Below are positions 33,282-43,130 of a DNA stretch of 64,000 nucleotides, one piece after another (the first letter of the stretch is position 1; each line of letters starts with the position of its first letter). The DNA lies in IMG/VR virus record IMGVR_UViG_3300022562_002256, positions 32,001 to 96,000 of that record; one strand, written 5' to 3'. Source of the stretch: a virus. Under the pieces are notes generated by a model that ran no database searches, was not told the origin of the DNA, and was given only the letters and a program-made list of their open reading frames with translations. The position numbers and the translations under genes were made by a program.

Positions 33282-35634
33282 CGAGCATTCCATCCAGTTC
33301 AGCGTCCCGGTTGCACCATTCAGCTTCTGCATCGTCGGTGTGCTCACACGTTGCAAGCCCCGTGCCAGCAACGGCCTCGCCCTTCAGCCGCGCGCACAGC
33401 CCCGTCCGCCTGAGTTCGCGCCGCACCTCCGCGAGAGCGACCCGCATCGCCCGCGGGTCCGACAGCATCACCACAAGCCGCTGGCCCCGCGTCACCGCTG
33501 TGTAAACGAGGTTGCGCGACAGCATCACCCAATGGCTGTTGATCACCGGCACCACCACCACCGGGGCCTGGCCGCCCTGCGATCGGTGGATGCTCATGGC
33601 GTACGCTAGAGTGACGTCGCTTACGTGCTTGTCCTCGTACTCGACGCGCCGTCCATCGAAATCGATCACCATCGCTGGTTCTTCGGCCTTGGGGTGGGAG
33701 CGGATAGACGCCACGAACCCCACGTCGCCGTTGAACACGTCGCGGCTGTAGTCGTTTCTGGTTTGGAGCACGCGGTCCCCTACGCGCAAGGTGGTCTTGC
33801 CCCGCGTGATCGCGGGGCCGACCGGGTTAAGTGCAGCCTGCAGCCGCTCGTTCAGCGCGAGCACGCCCGCGTCGCCCTTGTTCATCGGAGCGAGCACCTG
33901 GATGTCGCGCCGCGGGTTGACGCCATACGCTGCTGGTATCCGCGTCGCCACCAACATCGTGATCATGTCGGCCGCTGTGGGGCCGTCCCAGCGGCGCTCG
34001 ATGAGGTGGAAGTCCCCGGTGCCCTTGGGGCCCGTCTCCGGCGCGATACCCGCGTTGATGCGGTGAGCGTTGCGCGTGATGAGGCTCCCTTCCGCCTGCC
34101 GAAAGATCTGGGTCAGTCGCACAGTGGGGACCGCGCCCGAGTCGATGATGTCCCGGAGTACCGCCCCCGGACCGACGCTTGGAAGCTGGTCCACGTCACC
34201 CACAAACACCACCCGCGCGCCGTCGCGAAGCGCGTCAAGAAGGCTGTCTGTGAGCTGAATGTCGCACATGGAGCTCTCGTCGACGATGATCGCATGATCG
34301 TCGAGCGGCGAGGCATGGCCCGCGAAAAAGCCCTCGCAGCCCGGGTCCCATTGCAACAGCCGGTGGATGGTCGTGGCCTGCCGTTTCGTCGCCTCGCTCA
34401 TGCGCTTCGCAGCCCGACCCGTCGGCGCCGCCAGCGAATACTCTAGTCTTGCGCACTCATAAAGTTTTATGATGGCGCGAACGAGATGGGTCTTCCCCGT
34501 CCCGGGGCCGCCGGTCACCACCAACACCTTGTGCCTCGCTGCGGCGCGGACGGCCTCTTTCTGGGCGGGGGCGAGTGTCGTGCCCCCCTCAGCCTCAAAC
34601 GAGGCGATGGCGTCGTCTACGGCCGCCTCCATCGCCGGCGCGGGGGTTCCATCGGGGAGCGGCTTACCCGGACTGGCATCCGTGTCGAGCAGTGCACGCA
34701 GTCTCGCGGCGACCCGCCTTTCCGCCGCATGAAGGGCGGCGAGGTACACCACGTCGTCGGACGTTACGCCTCCGTCACGATCAACCACGACCAGGCCGTC
34801 GCGCTCCAATGCCGTGACGCCTTCCCATGCGCGGGTCGCTGTGCAGTCGAGCAACTCCATCGCCGCGCGCGCGAGGTCCTCACTCGGCGTGTAGCAGTGC
34901 CCGTCGCCGCTATGCTCAATCAGGCAGTGAAGCACCCCCGCCGCCGCGCGATCGAGCGAGTCCCGCGGCACACCGAGGCGCTGCGCGATCTCGTCTGCGG
35001 TCTTGAAACCGATCCCCGAAATATCGAGCGCAAGCCGATAGGGGTTCTTCGTAACCACCTCAATGGTCCGTGCCCCGTAGCGCTTGTGGATGCGGTGTGC
35101 GAGCGCGCTCGTGATGCCGTGACCCTGAAGCCAGATGAGCACCGTCCCCACGGCCTTCTGCTCGATCCACGCCCGTTGGAGGGCCTCCGCTCGCTCCTTG
35201 CCGAGTCGCTTGACCTCACGCGCCACCCGGGCCGGGTCTTGCTCGAGCACATCGAGCGTCGCGGCGCCGAACCTGGCTACGATCCGCTCAGCGAGCCGAG
35301 GGCCCACACCCGACACGATCCCACTGCCGAGAAACCCGGCGATCCCATCGGTGGTCTGTGGCGCGAGTGGCACGACGAGCGCGGTCTCAAACTGCCGCCC
35401 GAACCTCGGGTTGTCGACCCAAGTTCCGAGTCCACGCACGGCGGCCCCCCCCGTGACGCTGGGCATGATGCCAACCCACGTCTGGATGTCCCCCCCAACC
35501 TCAACAGAGAGAACACGGTAGCCGCTGTCCGGGTTGGCGAATCGCTCCCGAACGACGCGCCCCTCCTGCGAAATGGGCGCGGTCATGCCAGGAAACAACT
35601 CATGTTGCTCGTCAGTCATCTCGCCCGACATCAT
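33265..35634 (-). CDS. recD2: RecD2-like SF1B helicase
   Basis: HhH region GVGPRLAERIV, KNPYRL, GIGFKTAD; GGPGTGKT, APTGRAAKR, IIVDESSM, GDVDQLPSVG, YAMSIHRSQG, YTAVTRG. Confidence 0.95.
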   Translation of the reverse strand: MMSGEMTDEQHELFPGMTAPISQEGRVVRERFANPDSGYRVLSVEVGGDIQTWVGIMPSVTGGAAVRGLGTWVDNPRFGRQFETALVVPLAPQTTDGIAGFLGSGIVSGVGPRLAERIVARFGAATLDVLEQDPARVAREVKRLGKERAEALQRAWIEQKAVGTVLIWLQGHGITSALAHRIHKRYGARTIEVVTKNPYRLALDISGIGFKTADEIAQRLGVPRDSLDRAAAGVLHCLIEHSGDGHCYTPSEDLARAAMELLDCTATRAWEGVTALERDGLVVVDRDGGVTSDDVVYLAALHAAERRVAARLRALLDTDASPGKPLPDGTPAPAMEAAVDDAIASFEAEGGTTLAPAQKEAVRAAARHKVLVVTGGPGTGKTHLVRAIIKLYECARLEYSLAAPTGRAAKRMSEATKRQATTIHRLLQWDPGCEGFFAGHASPLDDHAIIVDESSMCDIQLTDSLLDALRDGARVVFVGDVDQLPSVGPGAVLRDIIDSGAVPTVRLTQIFRQAEGSLITRNAHRINAGIAPETGPKGTGDFHLIERRWDGPTAADMITMLVATRIPAAYGVNPRRDIQVLAPMNKGDAGVLALNERLQAALNPVGPAITRGKTTLRVGDRVLQTRNDYSRDVFNGDVGFVASIRSHPKAEEPAMVIDFDGRRVEYEDKHVSDVTLAYAMSIHRSQGGQAPVVVVPVINSHWVMLSRNLVYTAVTRGQRLVVMLSDPRAMRVALAEVRRELRRTGLCARLKGEAVAGTGLATCEHTDDAEAEWCNRDAELDGMLDDADN

Positions 35635-35784
35635 CGAAACGCAGCATCCCCCTGCGCGCGAGTTTGCGAAATTGTGCCGCCTGTCCCGCGCCGGTGGGAT
35701 AGATCCCCGCACGGAACCGGCGCTCCAAGTCGGCCGCCCTCGCCAGAGTCAAAGCGTCGGCATCTACCACCGATTTTCGGTCCC

Positions 35785-36042
35785 TCACCACAGCGCATCC
35801 CCCCCGCCGCCCGGCTTCTCGCTGTCACGAACTGCGATAATCCGCACGGCAGCCCCGATGACATCATCGATGAACGCGAGCCCCGCAGGTGTGCCTGCGT
35901 CCACCTCAGCCGCCATCTCCGCAGCGGTGAGCCGCTGGCCGTCGGACGCGCGGACAAAACGCGGCGAACCATCGTAGGCGGCTCGCCGGCGCAGCGCGTC
36001 GGCCACTGCCCCGTGGACATTGACGGGGCTAACCGTCTCCAC
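35785..36042 (-). CDS. Hypothetical protein (possibly the 3' part of the upstream gene across a G9 run)
   Basis: 85 aa with GC3 bias. Confidence 0.45.
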   Translation of the reverse strand: METVSPVNVHGAVADALRRRAAYDGSPRFVRASDGQRLTAAEMAAEVDAGTPAGLAFIDDVIGAAVRIIAVRDSEKPGGGGDALW

Positions 36043-36406
36043 CGCCGCGATCCCCCCCCCTTGCGCGCGGGAGCCTCCACCCGTGAGTCAGCGCGGCGAT
36101 CTCCCACTTCTGCAACATGCGGCCAGTTCTCCACACTACCCTGATAGCAGTCGCGGCGCGCTGCGCGGCTCGTGCCGTTGCGAAAACGAACTCGCCTTCC
36201 GGGACCGTCCGCTTCGCGGCAAACGGGGCGGCGACCTTGCACGCCGCCCACGCCATCCAATGATCGCGGTCCTTCAACCTGCACGGCTCTTTCTTCGGCT
36301 GGCACTGGCCGATCCATGGCTTAGAGAAGGCGTCGGTGTACCCAACCACATCATAGGCCAGGGCGTAAGACCCGTCGCCCCGCGGCCAACATCTCAGCGC
36401 ACTCAT
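36029..36406 (-). CDS. Hypothetical protein
   Basis: MSALRCWPRG... Confidence 0.5.
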   Translation of the reverse strand: MSALRCWPRGDGSYALAYDVVGYTDAFSKPWIGQCQPKKEPCRLKDRDHWMAWAACKVAAPFAAKRTVPEGEFVFATARAAQRAATAIRVVWRTGRMLQKWEIAALTHGWRLPRARGGDRGGGDG

Positions 36407-36411
36407 TCCTG

Positions 36412-36840
36412 TCACCACATCCCCTTCGACACCAGCACACCACTGAGGTGCTCCACCCCAACCGAGTAGGCCGTCCACACGCTGACGGCCTCGGCCTCAC
36501 TCATGTTGCGAAGTCGGCCACTCTCCCACCACAGGATACGTCTGCGCACATCGGCGGCGCTTTCGATCGGTAGGCGGTCGACCATTGCCCGGTTCATTGT
36601 GGGGATGACAATCGTCTCAGGAGTGCCTTGCGTGCTGAGCCACTCCTCAATGTCGCGCCAGTGCATCGTGTTGGTGTCGCCGCGCCACACCCAGTCGTTG
36701 CGCGGCGCGTCGTGCTCTTGTCGAACCAGCCACGCCACGCAGTCGGGTACGCCGTGGCCATCCACCGACCAATGGCGCATTAGCACAACGACCGGCCCTG
36801 TCGTGACGTCGCACCCACCGAGTCGCACGGGCTCTGTCAC
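36412..36840 (-). CDS. Hypothetical protein
   Basis: 142-aa coupled ORF. Confidence 0.6.
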   Translation of the reverse strand: MTEPVRLGGCDVTTGPVVVLMRHWSVDGHGVPDCVAWLVRQEHDAPRNDWVWRGDTNTMHWRDIEEWLSTQGTPETIVIPTMNRAMVDRLPIESAADVRRRILWWESGRLRNMSEAEAVSVWTAYSVGVEHLSGVLVSKGMW

Positions 36841-37199
36841 GGGGCTCTCCTGGGTTGCGGTGTCACCGTGACGCGAAACTCCGCGTGTCGCTCACGGAGC
36901 CACATCCCCGCCTGTTCAGCCGATATCGGCATGCGGATGTCACGATGGGTCGCCACGTCCTCGAGCAGTGCGACGTTGCCGTCGTCGGTGTGCTCAACAC
37001 AGATGAGGACAGCCCGGTACTCGACCGGCCACAGCGGCGATTCGATGGCGTCTTGAAGGTCCCGCTCGGCATCGCGTAGTTCGCGCAACAGGCGGGCTGG
37101 CGGTGCCGGGGGGCGGTCGCCGCCGGAGTAGGACTCGACTCTCGCGCGAAGGGTGAGCACGCGGGCCCGCAGTTCGGACAGTGTGGCCGTCGACCTCAT
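36837..37199 (-). CDS. Hypothetical protein
   Basis: N-terminal coiled coil plus a small beta domain. Confidence 0.6.
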   Translation of the reverse strand: MRSTATLSELRARVLTLRARVESYSGGDRPPAPPARLLRELRDAERDLQDAIESPLWPVEYRAVLICVEHTDDGNVALLEDVATHRDIRMPISAEQAGMWLRERHAEFRVTVTPQPRRAP

Positions 37200-37477
37200 C
37201 GGGTGGTGTCCACGTCGACGGCCGCAGGCGCCGCGCACTGGTCCGTCACCGTAAAGCAGAACGACGTCGTGTACTCGACGCGGGTTGTCCATTCCACCCG
37301 GAAGCGCCACTGATCACCTTCGGCCGTAGCCACGTCCACATGAGTCTCCCCATGAGGGTTGTCGCCGCGAACATCCGCGGCGTACATCATTGCCGCATCC
37401 CGGGCGTTGCGTGCCACCAGGGGCACCCACTCGCCACCTGGCACGCGGCACTCGAAAGAATGATGTATCGTGGTCAT
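37196..37477 (-). CDS. Hypothetical protein
   Basis: 93-aa coupled ORF. Confidence 0.6.
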   Translation of the reverse strand: MTTIHHSFECRVPGGEWVPLVARNARDAAMMYAADVRGDNPHGETHVDVATAEGDQWRFRVEWTTRVEYTTSFCFTVTDQCAAPAAVDVDTTR

Positions 37478-37524
37478 GCGACCACGATAACCACGAGCCG
37501 GTCAGATCGCAATGGCGTCGGCCG

Positions 37525-38265
37525 TCAGAAGGGGAGGTCGTCGTCCGAGCCGGTGCCGTACCCCCCCCCGGCGTAGGGGTCATCCTGGGGTGGACTTGCC
37601 GGCGTGGTGGCCCGACGTGGGTGGCTCATCGGCCGCTCGCCACTCCCGCCGTCCGCTCTTCCTCCCCCGCTCCTTCTCGCCAACTCGGCATCAATCGACG
37701 CGAGTTGCAAGCGGGCCTTGCTGTGGTACTTGGCCTTTTCGGGGTCAGCGATGTCCCCCTCGAGCTTGCCGCGCAACCACGCGAGATCAGCGACCGCGCT
37801 GATCTTTTTGCCCTTGTCGTTGCCGAATCCAACGACAAAGTCGCCCGCGGTCGCTGGACCTCCACCATGGTGCGAGCCTCCTGCCGCTGGCGGCGAGGCT
37901 GCGCTGCCCCCCCCCGCGTTCTCCCCTGCACCGCTCCCACCACAGAGCACCACGTTCGTCGCCACGATCTCGACCTTGTACCGCTTGTTGCCGTCGCGGT
38001 CGTCGTAGCTCGAGGTGCGGAGCGACCCTTCGACGTAGAGGCGGCTCCCTTTGCCGACTACCTTCGCGAGCCCTTCGCCCCGCCGGGCCCACACCACGAC
38101 CGAATGCCATTCGGTGCGTTCCTGGACGTTCTTGTCCTTGTCCACGTAACTCTCGGTCGTGGCAAGGCGCATGTTGAGCACGGCTTGTCCCGCTTGCGTG
38201 AATCGCAATTCGGGGTCGGCCCCGAGGTAGCCCAGCAGGAGCACCCGGTTGACACCGGTGCTCAT
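37525..38265 (-). CDS. ssb: Single-stranded DNA-binding protein with an inserted small domain
   Basis: VNRVLLLGYLGADPELR, TEWHSVVVW, KGSRLYVEGSLRT; C-terminal DDLPF. Confidence 0.97.
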   Translation of the reverse strand: MSTGVNRVLLLGYLGADPELRFTQAGQAVLNMRLATTESYVDKDKNVQERTEWHSVVVWARRGEGLAKVVGKGSRLYVEGSLRTSSYDDRDGNKRYKVEIVATNVVLCGGSGAGENAGGGSAASPPAAGGSHHGGGPATAGDFVVGFGNDKGKKISAVADLAWLRGKLEGDIADPEKAKYHSKARLQLASIDAELARRSGGGRADGGSGERPMSHPRRATTPASPPQDDPYAGGGYGTGSDDDLPF

Positions 38266-38447
38266 AGTGCGCCCCCCCAATTCCACACCAGGCGCACGAG
38301 CAACGTCAGCGCTGCAATCGCTGTGACCAGCGCAAACAGCGCGGCCATCCACCCGGCCGCGCGCTTCAGCCTCCCGCGCCACGACCGCGCCTCTCGCGCT
38401 CTCGCCGCCTCAGACTGCGTCCTCACCCATCCTATCGTTGCACTCAT
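38262..38447 (-). CDS. Small membrane protein
   Basis: WMAALFALVTAIAALTLLVRLVW transmembrane segment. Confidence 0.55.
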   Translation of the reverse strand: MSATIGWVRTQSEAARAREARSWRGRLKRAAGWMAALFALVTAIAALTLLVRLVWNWGGAL

Positions 38448-38585
38448 GTGTTCCCTTTCGAGGCGGCTCCGGTGTGTCCGCCTCCGTTGTGGACAGCATA
38501 ACCACCCACCGCTGTGTCGCAACGGCCCGTCACGCGTCGACGCGTCAGCCTAGCCCATTCTTGTCCTGGATGCGACGGGTGTCGC

Positions 38586-39413
38586 TCATCGGCTGAGTAG
38601 CACGAAGCGGTGATCATCACCGTCGATGCCCCGCTCGGGCTCCGCGACGACGCGCGCCCCGCGTCGCGTCATGGCGTTGAGCACGCCAACCCAATCGGTC
38701 GATGACGGGCTGACGCCCGCGCGCTCGAGGCGGGGCACGATCTCGCCTCGCCACAGCAAGCCGAGCGGGCCAGATGAGCACAACTCGTAGAACACCGCAC
38801 CGGCCAGCAGAACCACGTCGATCCCCTCACCCCTCCCGATAGGGTGCGACCGCGCGAGCGTTGCGGCGTGGCGACACTCTGGCGTGGGTGATACAACGTC
38901 GTAGCCAGCATCCCGAAGGACGGACCACGCTCGCAGAAGAGTGGAGGCTGTCGACGGCTCCCACCGCGCTGCCCGCGACGGGCCGCCGCCCTCGCCCCAG
39001 AACAGCGCCCACCGAGCGGGCTCCCCGGGGGCGACATCAACGACCACCCCTGGAGCCCCACCGCGCCCAGTCGGTATGCCCGCCTGGCGGAGCACGGCAT
39101 TGGCGTGCGCGAGCGCCGCTGGGCGAGACGTAGCATTGGCGCTGAGCACGGGCCGGCCGGGCGGTGTGCAGAACGACGTCGGACCGAGATCATCGAGTGG
39201 CAGTCCGGTCAGCTCACGGAGCACGCACCATGCGGCCCAGCGAGGCCAGCCCCCCTGCTCGGGCCACTTGAATTGGCGACCAAACAGTTGGCGCGCGTAG
39301 ATGTCGGCGACGACAGCCAGTTGCCATTGGCTTGGGCTGTCCCCGCCGCCGACGGCCAGCGCGTGCCGAAGCAGCGCCCGTCGCACGACCTGGGGGTCAT
39401 CGTGTGCGCTCAC
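38586..39413 (-). CDS. Hypothetical protein
   Basis: 275-aa ORF. Confidence 0.55.
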   Translation of the reverse strand: MSAHDDPQVVRRALLRHALAVGGGDSPSQWQLAVVADIYARQLFGRQFKWPEQGGWPRWAAWCVLRELTGLPLDDLGPTSFCTPPGRPVLSANATSRPAALAHANAVLRQAGIPTGRGGAPGVVVDVAPGEPARWALFWGEGGGPSRAARWEPSTASTLLRAWSVLRDAGYDVVSPTPECRHAATLARSHPIGRGEGIDVVLLAGAVFYELCSSGPLGLLWRGEIVPRLERAGVSPSSTDWVGVLNAMTRRGARVVAEPERGIDGDDHRFVLLSR

Positions 39414-39493
39414 GGGTGCCCCGCAAGCGACCGAAGGTATCGTCTCATAGGCTCATTCCTTCTCCCGACCAATAACCATCCAACGTCGCCTCG

Positions 39494-39748
39494 TCAATCG
39501 GACACCGTGCCCCACAGCCCGAGCTGCCCGCCGCGCAAGCCGACACGTGCGCGACGCGTGGCCCACGCCTTCGCCATGCGCGCTACCGCTCCAACGCGGA
39601 GCCTGCACCGGCGGCAATATCCGCGATGTGGTGGCCCAGTCGTGCGCCCCACGACGTCGCGCGCTGGCTTGCCACACCCCGCCGCACAAGCACCCCGCTG
39701 CTCGGTCAACACCCGGGCCCGCTCGCGCCGCCACTCGGGGCCGGTCAT
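39494..39748 (-). CDS. Small Zn-finger protein
   Basis: WRRERARVL..CAAGCG..CRRC. Confidence 0.55.
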   Translation of the reverse strand: MTGPEWRRERARVLTEQRGACAAGCGKPARDVVGRTTGPPHRGYCRRCRLRVGAVARMAKAWATRRARVGLRGGQLGLWGTVSD

Positions 39749-39755
39749 GGCGTGA

Positions 39756-41069
39756 TTATTGCAGAACGGTGAGCGCGGCAGGGGGGGCAGCCGCGTCGAC
39801 GTGGTAGTAAACCGTCTCATCATTGACGGCGTTGACTCCGGAGGTCAGACGGCCCTCGGCGATGAGCTCGGTGGCGAGGTCGGGAAGGATCGTAAGGGCG
39901 TCGCAGCTCGGCACGACATCGGCTGACGCCTCGATGGCCGCTCCGAGCTGCGATCGCTCTACGCCGGCAGCGGCAGCAGCGAGGATACTCTCCTCGAGGA
40001 GTTCCTTGAGGTTGGCCCGAAGTGCGCCTGTGATCGCCAGCCTTGGCGGCGGCGCTGCCGTGGTCGGCGAGGGAGGGGGCTCCGGGGTATCGACCGATGG
40101 CACGCTCACCAGCGTGCCCAGCCGCCCCTTCTCCCCCTCGCACAGATCGTATGTCGATGCCTTCGCGATGTCGGCTTCGCTCATCTCGCGAGCCGCGTAT
40201 TCGTGCCCTGTGGCGAGCACGCCGGCAGTCGTCGGGCTGATGCCAGCCGTGAACAGGGCCCGCGCTTCTTCGGTGTCCACGGTGTCCAGCGGGCCGTTGA
40301 CCGCGATGACCAGTCGCACGGCGGCCGTGGGAGCGTTCCACGCGTTCGACTCGGTGGACACAAACGTCGGGGCGGCCGGGGTGTCCCCACCAGCGTAGGG
40401 CCCCGGAGCCGACGGTGTGGACGGCGCCGCCACGGCCTCCAGTTTGGCTTTCTTGGGGCGCTTGGCTTTCTTGGCGGGTTCACTCCCGGCCTCCGTGTCA
40501 TCGTCGGCGGTGGCGTCATTCCCGGCGCCGGAAGGGGCATCGAGGAGTTCATCGAGCGGCCCGACCACTTTGAGCAGCGCTTCGAGCGCTGCATCGGGCT
40601 CGAGGGCGCCGAGGTACTCATCGAGGTTGCCTGGGTCCTGCGACTCGAGCTCGGGGATGGCGGGGGCTGGCACGTCGGGGGCGGCGTCGACACCGGGGAG
40701 AGGCGTCTGCGCGCGCCGCCGGAGCCACTCCGACTCTTTCGATGTGATGCGGCGTGGCTCGCCCACCACCTCGTTCGTGTCCTCGCGAACGACGTAGACC
40801 ATGCCCGCATCGGTGTCGATCTCGACACGGCAGTCGACTCCGACGAAAATGGTCTTCGCTTCCCATCGCGGAAGCAAGCCGAAGATGTCCTCGTCGATCC
40901 GCTTCACCTTGTCGCCAAGGACTTTGGTGGCGGCGGCCTTCAGCGCTTTGACCTCTTTGTGGCGCCGCAGCAGCCTTTTTACCGCTTGCCCAATGCGGAG
41001 ATCCTCCTCCGCCGTCATCTTCGTCTCGACCGTGCGGCGTGCGGTCCCCATCAAGATCCGATCTGCCAT
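39756..41069 (-). CDS. Hypothetical protein
   Basis: 437 aa; GAGGAG RBS; charged N-terminal domain ending QTPLPG. Confidence 0.7.
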   Translation of the reverse strand: MADRILMGTARRTVETKMTAEEDLRIGQAVKRLLRRHKEVKALKAAATKVLGDKVKRIDEDIFGLLPRWEAKTIFVGVDCRVEIDTDAGMVYVVREDTNEVVGEPRRITSKESEWLRRRAQTPLPGVDAAPDVPAPAIPELESQDPGNLDEYLGALEPDAALEALLKVVGPLDELLDAPSGAGNDATADDDTEAGSEPAKKAKRPKKAKLEAVAAPSTPSAPGPYAGGDTPAAPTFVSTESNAWNAPTAAVRLVIAVNGPLDTVDTEEARALFTAGISPTTAGVLATGHEYAAREMSEADIAKASTYDLCEGEKGRLGTLVSVPSVDTPEPPPSPTTAAPPPRLAITGALRANLKELLEESILAAAAAGVERSQLGAAIEASADVVPSCDALTILPDLATELIAEGRLTSGVNAVNDETVYYHVDAAAPPAALTVLQ

Positions 41070-41123
41070 GTAATCTCCTCGTTTTGCGTGGCGCCCACGA
41101 GCGGCGCACCCTCGTGATGCGGC

Positions 41124-41194
41124 AGGCTAACCACTCTGTCGGCTCTCCGCAAGTCGACAATGCCCTTGACACGTCGCCGCGGCATGGTTAGGGT
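41124..41194. promoter_or_regulatory. Divergent sigma70-type promoters at the strand switch
   Basis: Minus: TTGCGG-17-TAGCCT (41152-41124). Plus: TTGACA-17-TAGGGT (41166-41194). Both have TGGT before the -10. Confidence 0.7.
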
Positions 41195-41207
41195 CAAACC
41201 GGAAGCA

Positions 41208-41657
41208 ATGACCACCTATTTCGACCAAATGGAGGAGGCGCTCCGGGCGGTGGACACTGGGTCCACCGAGGCGATGGACATGCTCTGGGACATCGACGCG
41301 CGCATCGTCCGCGACGTCTCCTTGGCTGCGGTCTTTCCGCCTGTACCGGCACGCGGCGCGAGCCCCGCTCGTGGTGGATGTCCACCCGCGTTCGCACGTG
41401 CGATCCATCGCATGGTGGCGGAGCATAGCCTTGTGGCGTGGGACGGGCGGCCGAATGGGCCAGACTATCCCGACGAGCGCGCCCACCGAGACGCGCTGCT
41501 TCAGATGGCGTGGAATTTGCATCTTCTTTTTCACGACCTTGCCCACGACCCGGATTGGCCCTACGGTGACAACCCCATCGTACCCCTGGACTACCTGTTG
41601 GGCGACGCCGCCGAGGGGTGGGACGAGTTCATCCCAACACCGGAACTCCTGCCCTGA
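41208..41657 (+). CDS. Hypothetical protein
   Basis: MTTYFDQMEE..., directly after the promoter. Confidence 0.65.
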   Translation: MTTYFDQMEEALRAVDTGSTEAMDMLWDIDARIVRDVSLAAVFPPVPARGASPARGGCPPAFARAIHRMVAEHSLVAWDGRPNGPDYPDERAHRDALLQMAWNLHLLFHDLAHDPDWPYGDNPIVPLDYLLGDAAEGWDEFIPTPELLP

Positions 41658-41659
41658 AC

Positions 41660-42196
41660 ATGCTCTATATTTTTGACGCAGACGGGACGCTTCGGCGATG
41701 CCTGGTTCCGACACAGCCGTGTCCTCACACCCAGGCAGAGTGGGCGCTCATGCCCGGGGTACTACAGCGGATGGCGCAGATCGACTGGACAGCCAACAAC
41801 TTCGGCATAGCGAGCAACCAAGCCGGTGTCGGGAAGGGCCTGCTGTCCGAAGTGGTGGCGCTGGAGTTGTTGGTGTCCCTCGCGCACACGGTGACTGGCC
41901 AGTGGCCGCCCGTCGGCGCCGTGCGGATGTGCCCTCACAACCACCACGTAGACACATGTTGGTGTCGCAAACCGTCGCCGTGGATGCTTTGGGAGATCAT
42001 GCGTTGCTATGGTGTCCCTCGCGCGGCGGACGGGACGGTGAGGAGCGATGTCATGTTTGTCGGTGACATGGACACCGACCGTCAAGCTGCCCTTGGGGCG
42101 CGGGTGATGTTCACGTGGGCCTGGGACTTTTTCGGGTCAACCAAGGAGGCGTGGGAGCGCGCCATCGGCTACGTGCCGACTTCGGGCCCGTCGTGA
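41660..42196 (+). CDS. HAD IIIA phosphatase (GmhB/HisB-like)
   Basis: FDADGTL, ASNQAGV, CPH..C.CRKPSPWML, FVGDMDTDRQAA. Confidence 0.9.
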   Translation: MLYIFDADGTLRRCLVPTQPCPHTQAEWALMPGVLQRMAQIDWTANNFGIASNQAGVGKGLLSEVVALELLVSLAHTVTGQWPPVGAVRMCPHNHHVDTCWCRKPSPWMLWEIMRCYGVPRAADGTVRSDVMFVGDMDTDRQAALGARVMFTWAWDFFGSTKEAWERAIGYVPTSGPS

Positions 42197-42570
42197 CCAC
42201 ATCCATCCACGCTCGCTCGCGATCCGTGGACCTATGGCGCATCATGTACGCTGCGCGCGGGGCCGCTCCGGGGCGATGGTCGGCGGAGCAGACCGCGGCG
42301 CATCAGGAGTGGGAGCGGCGGGTTGAGATGGCCGACCACGAGCACGGCGCGGGGGCAAGCGCCGGCAAGGCGGCGCGGTACGACGCGTACGCGGCTGGGC
42401 GCGAGGACGAGGAGGCTGTCCGATGCGAGGACATCCGAATCGCGCGCGAGCTTTACCACGCGCTCGAGTCGGCGCTTGCGCGGCCCGACCGGGCAATTGA
42501 CATATTGCGTGACGCCCTGCGCAGCATGACTTTGCGGGACGTCATGCGCTTGCGACCGGGGACACGGTGA
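42193..42570 (+). CDS. Hypothetical protein
   Basis: 125-aa coupled ORF. Confidence 0.5.
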   Translation: MTTSIHARSRSVDLWRIMYAARGAAPGRWSAEQTAAHQEWERRVEMADHEHGAGASAGKAARYDAYAAGREDEEAVRCEDIRIARELYHALESALARPDRAIDILRDALRSMTLRDVMRLRPGTR

Positions 42571-43130
42571 GGGTTCACAGCACGTGGCTGGGCGACAGCG
42601 CGTGTGCAGGACGTCCACTGCCGTCCTTTACGGTTCGCATCGGCCTCGGTGCCTACCGGGCCATGGTCGCCTTCGCGCGACGGGCGTGGCCCAACGAGAC
42701 GGGCAGCGCGCTTGTGGGCACGTGCTCGGACGACGGCTTGGTTGCCACCGTGGTGCGCGTCATGCCCCGCGAGTTCGTGGCGATCGGCGGCCCGCGGGAC
42801 TGCCTGGTGGGAAACATGCCCGGGGAGCGCGATTACTTTGCCCGGCTGTTCCAGCGCAGCCGTGGTCGGGTGTTTTTCGCCGGGGCATGGCATAGCCACC
42901 CCGGTGGCGCCGCCCGGTTGAGCGAGGTGGACTGGTACGCGGCGCAACGGATCGCGGAGACCCCCGCCGCGGAATGCCCGGTGGTGATTCTCGCGGTGCT
43001 TGCGCTCGCCACAAACGGAGAGGCGTCGCTCGGGGTGAACGTGTATTCGCGGAAAGATGGTCGAATACCACTGCTGCGCGTAGAGCTGCGCGTAGACGGG
43101 GCGCCGGAGGAGTGTCATGGGCATCGATGA
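42567..43130 (+). CDS. JAB/MPN+ metallo-isopeptidase
   Basis: PNETGSALVG (catalytic Glu) and AWHSHPGGAARLSEVD (H-x-H-x7-S-x2-D). Confidence 0.85.
   Translation: MRVHSTWLGDSACAGRPLPSFTVRIGLGAYRAMVAFARRAWPNETGSALVGTCSDDGLVATVVRVMPREFVAIGGPRDCLVGNMPGERDYFARLFQRSRGRVFFAGAWHSHPGGAARLSEVDWYAAQRIAETPAAECPVVILAVLALATNGEASLGVNVYSRKDGRIPLLRVELRVDGAPEECHGHR

Noticed and set aside
34486-36144. Long plus-strand ORF of 552 aa (similar cases: 50842-52347, 56754-58298, 58586-60226, 10136-11341)
   Set aside because: These are antisense shadows of well-supported genes, expected in GC3-biased DNA, with Arg/Pro-rich unnatural composition.
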